Assembly (NCBI GenBank): GCA_963806755.1
Contig: CAWDZR010000016.1
Coordinates: 153,948 to 217,947 of the forward strand
Direction: 5' to 3'
Length of the DNA stretch: 64,000 bases
From: an uncultured Gemmatimonadales bacterium
GTDB lineage: Bacteria; Gemmatimonadota; Gemmatimonadetes; Gemmatimonadales; JACORV01
In this document: positions 51,970 to 58,955 of the stretch, in pieces
Layout of the letters: each line of letters begins with the position of its first letter
Numbering within the stretch: position 1 is the first letter of the stretch
Notes under the pieces: generated by a model
What the model was told of the DNA's origin: nothing
Databases searched by the model: none
The model's input: the letters and a program-made list of their open reading frames with translations, nothing else
Translations under genes and position numbers: made by a program

Positions 51970-53112
51970 CTAGCGACGCCGCCAGATCGTCCAGCGGTCC
52001 ACGACCTCCTCGCCGCGGACCACGTCGTAGTGATCGAACATCGCCGCGGTGAGGCAGGAGTGGTTGGGCAGGATGCGGACCTTGTCCCCCACGGCCAGCC
52101 GCCCCTCGACGTCGGCGATGTCCGGCCCTCCCACCAGGCCGTGCTCCTGCGAGACGCCCCGGACCTCGAGCCGCGGCTCGAGCTCGGCCCCCGCCAGGCC
52201 GGCGAGCAGGGGACCGAGGCCCCGGGCCCGCGCCGGGTCGTGCGGCCCGGCGTCCTTGGACAGCGCGAGCGCGCCGGCGTCCACCACGGCGTGGCCGGCG
52301 CCGGGCTGGTGCGAGACCACGCTCGCCAGCACGCTCACCGCGCAGTCGGCCGGCGCGCACACCCCGACCGCCGCCTGCATGTAGTCGTAGAAGGCGTAGT
52401 TGCCCGGCCGGATCTCGCTCACCCCGTCCAGCCGCTCGACGGCGGACATCCCGGGCGTCGAGCCCACGCTCACGCCGGACACGGTGATTCCCTCCCCCGC
52501 CAGCCGCGCCGCGAGGCCGGCCATCGTCGCGCGCTCGGCCTCCGCCACGGCCGCGCGCGCCGCGCGGCCGCCGGCCTGGTAGCTCTGCCCCGCGTGGGTG
52601 AGCAGACCGTCGAAGGCCACGCCCCGCTCCCCGGCCATGCGCCGCGCCAGCTCCACGGTGGCCGCCGCGGCGGGGTCCACGCCCGAGCGGTGGTGGCCGG
52701 CGTCCACCTCGAGCCACGCGTGCACCACGACGCCGGCCGCGCGCGCCGCCGCGCCGAGGGCCTCGAGCGCGCGCGGCGAATCGAGCGTCACCCGGAACGC
52801 GAGCCGGCGGGCCAGCGCGACCACCTCGTCGAGCCGCCCCACCACCAGCGGAAAGGCCCAGGTGACGTCCTTGAAGCCGCCGTCGGCGAACGCCTGCGCC
52901 TCGGGCAGCGTGGCGACCGTGATCCCCACCGCGCCGCGCGCCAGCTGGCGGCGCCCGACCTCGAGGCACTTGTGGGTCTTGGCGTGGGGCCGCAGCGCGA
53001 CGCCGAGCGCCGAGGCGCGTGCGGCCATGCGGTCGAGGTTGCGCTCGAGGACGTCGAGCTCGAGCAGCAGGGCGGGCGTGGGCAGGTCGCCCACCAACGA
53101 ACGGCGCGGCAT
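51970..53112 (-). CDS. D-threonine aldolase / D-serine dehydratase-like PLP enzyme (alanine-racemase-N fold, DSD1 family)
   Basis: LPTPALLLELDVLERNLDRMA......GVALRPHAKTHKC.EV...QL..GA.GITVATL.EA. C-terminal ..RILPNHSC.TAAMFD.Y.V. Confidence 0.8.
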   Translation of the reverse strand: MPRRSLVGDLPTPALLLELDVLERNLDRMAARASALGVALRPHAKTHKCLEVGRRQLARGAVGITVATLPEAQAFADGGFKDVTWAFPLVVGRLDEVVALARRLAFRVTLDSPRALEALGAAARAAGVVVHAWLEVDAGHHRSGVDPAAAATVELARRMAGERGVAFDGLLTHAGQSYQAGGRAARAAVAEAERATMAGLAARLAGEGITVSGVSVGSTPGMSAVERLDGVSEIRPGNYAFYDYMQAAVGVCAPADCAVSVLASVVSHQPGAGHAVVDAGALALSKDAGPHDPARARGLGPLLAGLAGAELEPRLEVRGVSQEHGLVGGPDIADVEGRLAVGDKVRILPNHSCLTAAMFDHYDVVRGEEVVDRWTIWRRR

Positions 53113-53185
53113 CAGTCGAAACTGACGCCGCGCCGTGGAGACTTCAATGCCTCCCTGGTTCCCGACCCCTGGCCCCTAGCCCGTC

Positions 53186-53569
53186 TTACTTGGCAAACCC
53201 GCCCGGCATCTGCAGCAGGAAGAACTTGTTGCCGTCGAGGTCCTTGAAGTTCGCCAGAATGCCGCCCCAGCGTTCCTTGCGCGGCTTCAGCGTGAACTTG
53301 ACCTTCTTCTGCTTCAAAGTCCGGTAGGTCTTCTCGATGTCGTCCACCTGGAAGCTCACGCCGGTCTTGATCCCCACCAGTTTCTTCGCGGCCTTGTTCC
53401 ACGGCGTGGTGAGCGACAGGGTGGTGCGCCCGGCCCCGCAGTCGAAGCACACCCAGGCGTGCTTCCGGTCGAAGAAGCACAGCCTGAGCCCCAGCTTGTC
53501 GCGATAGAACTTGAGCGACTTGCCCAGGTCCTTGACGACGACCGTCACGTTCCCGATCTGCGTGATCAT
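53186..53569 (-). CDS. VOC (glyoxalase/bleomycin-resistance) family protein
   Basis: 127 aa. MITQIGNVTVVVKDLGKSLKFYRDKLGL.. FQVDDIEKTY..LK.KKV.F......RWGG..A.F.D.DGN.F.L. The protein is Lys-rich, ends in a TAA stop and has visibly lower G+C than its neighbours. Confidence 0.8.
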   Translation of the reverse strand: MITQIGNVTVVVKDLGKSLKFYRDKLGLRLCFFDRKHAWVCFDCGAGRTTLSLTTPWNKAAKKLVGIKTGVSFQVDDIEKTYRTLKQKKVKFTLKPRKERWGGILANFKDLDGNKFFLLQMPGGFAK

Positions 53570-53584
53570 AACCCGCCCCGGCCT

Positions 53585-54922
53585 TTAGAGAAGCTTGCGT
53601 TCGCGCGCCGCCCGCTCCAGCTCCTCGCGGAACTTGGGGTGCGCGATGTCGATGAGGGCGCGGGCGCGCTGCCGCACCGTCTTGCCGAACAGGTAGGCCG
53701 AGCCGTACTCGGTCACCACCCAGCGGACGTCGGCGCGCGTCGTCACCACCCCCGCGCACGAGGACAGGCACGGCACGACGCGCGACAGCGTGCCGCCCTT
53801 GGCCGTCGAGGGCAGCGCGATGATCGGCTTGCCGCCCCGCGAGCGCGACGCGCCGCGGATGAAGTCGGTCTGGCCCCCGAAGCCGCTGTAGAAGATCGCG
53901 CCGATCGAGTCCGACGAAACCTGCCCCGTGATGTCCAGCTCGATCGCCGAGTTGATCGCCACCATGTTGTCGTTCTGCGCGATGACGAACGGATCGTTGG
54001 TGTACGACGTGGGGTGCAGCTCGACCACGGGGTTGTCGTGCACGAAGTCGAACAGCCGCTTGGTGCCGAGCAGGAAGCCGGCGATCACCTTGCCGCGGTG
54101 GATGGACTTGCGCTCGCCGGTCACGACGCCGGCCTCGATCAGGTCCACGATCCCGTCGGCGAACATCTCGCTGTGGACGCCGAGGCCGCGGCGGTCCGTC
54201 AGGTCCTTGAGCACCGCGTCGGGGATGCCCCCGATGCCCATCTGCAGCGTGTCGCCGTCGTCGATCAGCTCGGCCACGTTGTGCGCGATGGCGTCGGTGA
54301 TCTCGTCGCCCGGCTCCACGTGCAGCTCCATCAGCGGCCGCGACGTCTCCACCACCGCGTTGAACTGCCGCACGTGCAGGAACGCGTCGCCGTGGGTGCG
54401 CGGCATCTGGTCGTTGACTTCGGCGATCACGTGCCGCGCGTGCCGCGCCGCGTCGAGCGTGTGATCCACGCCCACGCCGAGCGAGCAGAAGCCGTGCGCG
54501 TCCGGCGGCGACACCTGGATCAGCGCCACGTCGATGGGCAGCGTGCCGTCGCTGAACAGCCGGGCGATCTCGCCCAGGAAAATCGGCGTGTAGTCCGCCC
54601 GGCCCTCGTTCACCGCCTTGCGGGCATTGGCGCCGATGAACATCGCGTTGTGCCGGAAGTGGCCCTCCATCTCCGGCGTCATGTGCGACGCCCGGCCCAT
54701 CGTCAGGAGGTGCACCACCTCCACGTCCTTCAGGGACGGCGCCCGCGCGCTCAGGGCGTCCACCAGCGGCTCCGGCACCGCGCAGCCGGGATGGATGTAC
54801 ACCCGGTCGCCGCTGCGCACGACCTTGACCGCCTCTTCCGGGGTGCAGACGAGGGAGCGGTAGAACTCCGACCACGTCGTACGTGGATGGGCACTCATCG
54901 GTGGCGCGGCGACGGCGGACAT
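53585..54922 (-). CDS. Acetyl-CoA hydrolase/transferase family protein (4-hydroxybutyrate / succinyl-CoA:acetate CoA-transferase-like)
   Basis: Track ORF 53585..54958. The start is probably ATG 54922 or 54898, which lie outside the upstream hairpin. Supporting motifs: ..EEAVKVVRSGDRVYIHPG.A.P..L..AL.., ..GD.LQMGIGGIPDAV.., ..INSAIELD.TGQV.S.S.G....SG.GGQ.DF..GA. Confidence 0.85.
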   Translation of the reverse strand: MSAVAAPPMSAHPRTTWSEFYRSLVCTPEEAVKVVRSGDRVYIHPGCAVPEPLVDALSARAPSLKDVEVVHLLTMGRASHMTPEMEGHFRHNAMFIGANARKAVNEGRADYTPIFLGEIARLFSDGTLPIDVALIQVSPPDAHGFCSLGVGVDHTLDAARHARHVIAEVNDQMPRTHGDAFLHVRQFNAVVETSRPLMELHVEPGDEITDAIAHNVAELIDDGDTLQMGIGGIPDAVLKDLTDRRGLGVHSEMFADGIVDLIEAGVVTGERKSIHRGKVIAGFLLGTKRLFDFVHDNPVVELHPTSYTNDPFVIAQNDNMVAINSAIELDITGQVSSDSIGAIFYSGFGGQTDFIRGASRSRGGKPIIALPSTAKGGTLSRVVPCLSSCAGVVTTRADVRWVVTEYGSAYLFGKTVRQRARALIDIAHPKFREELERAARERKLL

Positions 54923-54926
54923 GTTG

Positions 54927-55010
54927 CCTCTCCCCTGGCGGCGATGATGCGAGCTCACGCCACCCGTAACCGCAATTTCTGTGCTCGCCTTGGCCGCCAG
55001 GGGAGAGAGG
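54927..55010. terminator. Inverted repeat directly downstream of the BNR-protein gene
   Basis: cctctcccctggcggc (54927-54942) and gccgccaggggagagagg (54993-55010), with an inner gcgagc/gctcgc pair around a lower-G+C loop. It lies between the stop codon at 55051 and the next start. Confidence 0.4.
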
Positions 55011-55050
55011 AGAGCGGCGCCCTCGAACGGGCGTTCGAAGGTCTACGCCG

Positions 55051-58000
55051 TCATTGCCAGTCCCCCACCATCACCGACTTCGGACCGGCGGGGCGCTCCA
55101 CGTGGACGATCTGGCGATACCGGACGCCGTTCACGGTCACGCTCACCACGTAATCGCCCGGATCCACCGTGGTGGGCCCGCCGAATCCGCCGAAGCCGCC
55201 GAAGCGACGCGGCTCGAGGCCGGGCGGCGCCTCGTACGTGCCCGGCTCCGACGGCTCGGGGTCGCGGCCCCTGGCCAGCCGGCGGCCGCGGGCCGTCGTG
55301 TCGCCGCGGTACGCTTCGGCGAGGCTGTCGTGGACCACGCGCGAGCGCGCGGCCGCCAGCACGCTGTCGCGGAGCGCCGCCGGCCCGAGCGGCGGGCGGT
55401 TCTTGCGCAGGTCCCACGCCAGCCAGTGGAAGCCGGGCGCACCGCTGGCCTTGAGCGACCGCAGCGTGTCGCCGAGCGGGCCGGTGACGACGAACTCGAG
55501 GGTGTCCGCGCGCCTGCGCCCGCCGGCCCCTCCCCTGCCGCCGCCGGCCTGGGCGGTGTCGCCGCCCTCGCCGCCGCGGGCCGCGCCGGTGTCGGGCGCC
55601 GCCGGGGTGGCGCCGGGCATCCGGTAGGCGATCGCCGCGCCGAACGGAGGGTTGGACGCGACGTACAGCTTGTCGCCCGACCAGAATTGGCCCGTGCGCT
55701 GCTGGTAGAGCAGCGCCGGCTCCACCGGGAAGAGGGCGAACGGCGCCGCGGCGATGGAGTCGGTCAACTCCTCGAGCGGCCCGATGTCCATCGTGTAGAC
55801 GCTGCGGCCGTGGGTGGCCGCCACCAGCACCCGGTCGCGGGGATGGATGGCGAGATCGTGCACCGGCACCGTGGGCAGCCCCGCGTCGAGCCGGTGCCAC
55901 GCCGCGCCGGCGTCGAAGGAGACGTACGCGCCGTGCTCGGTGCCCAGGAACAGCAGCGACCGCCGCCGCGGGTCTTCGCGGATCACGTGGACGAAGTCGC
56001 CGTCGGGGAGCCCGGCCGCGAGGCCGGTGAACGTCTTGCCGAAGTCGTGCGTCACGAACACGAACGGCCGGTCGTCGTCGTCGCGGTGGCCGTCGAACGT
56101 CACGTAGCACGTGGCCGAGTCGAAGTGCGACGGCTCGACGCGGGTCACCCAGGTCATGCGCGGGACGCCGGGGAAGCGGCCCGCCAGGCTGCTCCACGCC
56201 GCGCCACCGTTGGTCGAGAGCCAGACCATGCCGTCGTCCATGCCCACCCACAGGATGCCGGGACGCACGGGCGACTCGGCGAGCGTGGTGATCGTGCCGT
56301 AGGTCTCCGCCCCGGTGACGTCGCGGGTGACGCCGCCGGTGGTGTGCAGGCTGACGTTGATGCGCGCCGTGTCGTGCGCCGACAGGTCGTCGCTGATGGG
56401 GACCCAGTGGTCGCCGCGATCCACGGACCGGTAGAGCCGGTTCCCGCCCAGGTAGAGCGTGTTGGGGTCGTGCGGCGAGAGGACGAACGGCGTGGACCAG
56501 TTGAAGCGCGGGCGGCCCACCGAGTCGGACGCGATGCGCGCCTTGTAGGCGTCCACCGCGCGCTGCTCCTCGGGCGTGGCCGGCTTCGTCGTGTCGCCGC
56601 GCGCGATGATCACCGAGTCCTCCAGCAGCTGCGACAGGGGCCGGCCGCCCGGGAAGATCCGGGCGCGATCCCAGGTCCTGAGGTCGAGGCGCGAGATGCG
56701 GCCGCCCTGGGACTCGGGGTACACGATGTTCGGGTCGGTGGGGTCGATCGCGGCGTAGAACCCGTCGCCGCCGCCCACGTTGAACCAGTCCTGATTCAGG
56801 ATCCCGTCGCGGCGGCTGGTGGCGCTCGGCCCGCACCACGCGCCGTTGTCCTGGAGCCCGCCGCAGATCCAGAACGGCTGCTGCATGTCGAGGGCGATCG
56901 CGTAGAACTGCCCGACCGGAAGCTGGCTGATGGCGTCGTAGGTGCGGCCCCGGTCGTAGGTGATCCCCAGGCCGCCGTCCTCGCCGACCACGTAGTGGTC
57001 CGGGTCGTTGGGGTCGATCCAGAAGGCGTGGTTGTCCACGTGGATGCTCTTGCCGATGACGCGCGGGGTGCGCCCCCCGTCGTTCGAGAACTTCAGCTCC
57101 GTCCCCATCCAGTAGATGCGGTCGGGGTCGCTGGGGTCCACCGCCACCTGGGAGAAGTAGAACGGCCGGTCGTCGTCCTCGTTCATCCTGGTCCAGGTGG
57201 TACCGCCGTCGCTGGTGCGGTACAGCCCCGACTGGAGGTGCTGGCGCTTGCTCGTGTCGGCCACGAATCCGCGGCGCAGGGACGCCGGGTTGGGGCTGCT
57301 GTCGGCCTCGACCATGGCGTACACGACCTGCGCGTTGCTCGGAGCGATCGCGACGTCGATGCGGCCCAGGGTCGTCGCGGGGAATCCGCCGCCCGCGATC
57401 TTCGTCCAGTGCTCGCCCGCGTCGGCGCTCCGCCACAGGCCGGAGCCGGGGCCGCCGCTGGTGAGCGAGTACGGCGTGCGCTGCCGCTCCCACGCCGACG
57501 CCCACACCACGTCGTGGTTCGACGGGTCCACGGCGACGTCCACGAAGCCGGCCCGGTCGCTGATGAACTTGACGTTGCGCCAGGTGCGGCCGCCGTCCGT
57601 GGTCTTGTACAGCCCGCGCTCCTTGTTGGGCGCCCACGCGTGTCCCAGCGCCGCCACGTACACGACGTTCGCGTCCGTCGGATCGATCGCGATCCGGCCG
57701 ATCTGCCGGGTGTCGGCGAGCCCCATGAAGGCCCAGGTCTTTCCGGCGTCGGTGGACTTGAAGACCCCGCCGCCCGGCGAGATGGAGTTGCGCGAGTCCG
57801 CCTCCCCGGTGCCGGCCCACACGACGCTGGTATCGCTCGGCGCCACGGCGAGGGCGCTCACGGTCGAGACCGGCTGATGGTCGAAGACCGGCGTCCAGGT
57901 GACGCCGTCGTTCACGGTGCGCCACAGCCCGCCGGTCGCGAACCCCGCGAACAGCTCCTTGGGATTGCGGGGGTTGCCGGTCACGGCGCTCACCCGCCCG

Positions 58001-58149
58001 CTCATGTCGGCGGGCCCGATCTCGCGCCACTTGAAGGCCGAGAGCAGCGTGGTGTCGGAGAGCGCCGTGGTGTCGGTCGCGGGCTCCTGGGCCTGGCCGG
58101 CGAGGGGCGCGAGCAGGACGAGGGCGAGCAGGGCGGTCGCGCTGCGCAT
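55051..58149 (-). CDS. Secreted Sortilin/VPS10-type BNR (Asp-box) beta-propeller protein (GH74-like fold), 1032 aa
   Basis: Signal peptide: MRSATALLALVLLAPLAGQAQ. Repeated Asp-box motifs: TVNDGVTW, STDAGKTW, TTDGGRTW, SADAGEHW, TSDGGTTW, SNDGGRT, SVDRGDHW, STNGGAAW, SFDAGAAW. Confidence 0.8.
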   Translation of the reverse strand: MRSATALLALVLLAPLAGQAQEPATDTTALSDTTLLSAFKWREIGPADMSGRVSAVTGNPRNPKELFAGFATGGLWRTVNDGVTWTPVFDHQPVSTVSALAVAPSDTSVVWAGTGEADSRNSISPGGGVFKSTDAGKTWAFMGLADTRQIGRIAIDPTDANVVYVAALGHAWAPNKERGLYKTTDGGRTWRNVKFISDRAGFVDVAVDPSNHDVVWASAWERQRTPYSLTSGGPGSGLWRSADAGEHWTKIAGGGFPATTLGRIDVAIAPSNAQVVYAMVEADSSPNPASLRRGFVADTSKRQHLQSGLYRTSDGGTTWTRMNEDDDRPFYFSQVAVDPSDPDRIYWMGTELKFSNDGGRTPRVIGKSIHVDNHAFWIDPNDPDHYVVGEDGGLGITYDRGRTYDAISQLPVGQFYAIALDMQQPFWICGGLQDNGAWCGPSATSRRDGILNQDWFNVGGGDGFYAAIDPTDPNIVYPESQGGRISRLDLRTWDRARIFPGGRPLSQLLEDSVIIARGDTTKPATPEEQRAVDAYKARIASDSVGRPRFNWSTPFVLSPHDPNTLYLGGNRLYRSVDRGDHWVPISDDLSAHDTARINVSLHTTGGVTRDVTGAETYGTITTLAESPVRPGILWVGMDDGMVWLSTNGGAAWSSLAGRFPGVPRMTWVTRVEPSHFDSATCYVTFDGHRDDDDRPFVFVTHDFGKTFTGLAAGLPDGDFVHVIREDPRRRSLLFLGTEHGAYVSFDAGAAWHRLDAGLPTVPVHDLAIHPRDRVLVAATHGRSVYTMDIGPLEELTDSIAAAPFALFPVEPALLYQQRTGQFWSGDKLYVASNPPFGAAIAYRMPGATPAAPDTGAARGGEGGDTAQAGGGRGGAGGRRRADTLEFVVTGPLGDTLRSLKASGAPGFHWLAWDLRKNRPPLGPAALRDSVLAAARSRVVHDSLAEAYRGDTTARGRRLARGRDPEPSEPGTYEAPPGLEPRRFGGFGGFGGPTTVDPGDYVVSVTVNGVRYRQIVHVERPAGPKSVMVGDWQ

Positions 58150-58252
58150 GAGAGGCGTCCGGGTTGTGGTGGTCGGGACGAAGAAGATGGCGTGCCGATC
58201 AGCCGGCGGCCATCCCAGGTAGTACGACGGGCTCCCGGATGGCGTTGCAGGA

Positions 58253-58303
58253 GGGGTTAGGGGTTAGGGCCCCGCCGCCCCTAGCCCCTTGTCCCTAGCC
58301 CCT
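58253..58303. repeat. GGGGTTA / CCCTAGCCCC unit-repeat hairpin in a divergent intergenic region
   Basis: ggggttaggggttaggg c cccgccg cccctagccccttgtccctagcccct. GGGGUUAGGG pairs with CCCUAGCCCC using one G-U wobble, and only in the plus-strand RNA. It lies 45 nt upstream of ATG 58349. Confidence 0.4.
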
Positions 58304-58348
58304 TTGGCTTGCCGCGCGGACGGTACGGCGCCACCATTTACCCATCTC

Positions 58349-58942
58349 ATGGACCCCAACGAGAGCTACCAGCTGCTGCGCAGCCTGACGTCGCCCATCG
58401 TGGCCATCACGGCCTCGCGGGGCGCGAAGGCGAACGGGATGATCTCCGATGCGGCGTCACGCGCTTCCATCGTCCCGGACATCCCGCGCCTGATCGTGCT
58501 CGTGCACAAGATCAACTACACGCACGACATGATCTTCGAGACCGGACGGTTCGCCGTGCACGTGCTGCACCGCGGGCAGTTCGACCTGGTCGAGCGGCTC
58601 GGGTTCCACAGCGGGCGCGACGGCGACAAGCTCGCCGGCGTGCCGCACCATCTCGGGCGGCTCGGATGCCCGATCCTCGAGGACTGCTGGGCGTGGTTCG
58701 AGTGCCGGGTGATCAACGTGATGGACACGGGCAGCTCGACCTGCTTCCTGGGCGAGGCGGAGGACGTGGGGCGCGGTCCCGGGAAAGAGGAGATGACGGC
58801 GGGCTACCTGCGGGCGAACCTGCCGGAGGAGCTGCGCGAGCGTTACCTGCGGAATCTCGCGGCCGCCCAGGACTGGGCGCGGGAACGGTCGGGGGACATT
58901 CGCGCGGTGACGTGGAAGGACCTTCGAGACCTGGTCGAGTAG
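58349..58942 (+). CDS. Flavin reductase-like FMN-binding domain protein
   Basis: Track ORF 58289..58942, starting at ATG 58349. Sequence: ..LTSPIVAITASRGAKANGMISDAASRASI.P..PRL.V.V.K.NYTHD.I...G.FAVHVL...Q..L... Confidence 0.75.
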   Translation: MDPNESYQLLRSLTSPIVAITASRGAKANGMISDAASRASIVPDIPRLIVLVHKINYTHDMIFETGRFAVHVLHRGQFDLVERLGFHSGRDGDKLAGVPHHLGRLGCPILEDCWAWFECRVINVMDTGSSTCFLGEAEDVGRGPGKEEMTAGYLRANLPEELRERYLRNLAAAQDWARERSGDIRAVTWKDLRDLVE

Positions 58943-58955
58943 CGCAGCCCCGTCG

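Noticed and set aside
49810-53247. 1145-aa plus-strand ORF spanning four minus-strand genes
   Set aside because: It crosses several independently supported genes on the other strand. The sequence is junk-like, with no motifs.
58253-58269. TTAGGG-like repeats considered as a telomere or chromosome end
   Set aside because: There are only about 2.5 units. They are internal to the contig, sit between two ordinary genes, and are followed by a complementary arm. A local hairpin is the better explanation.
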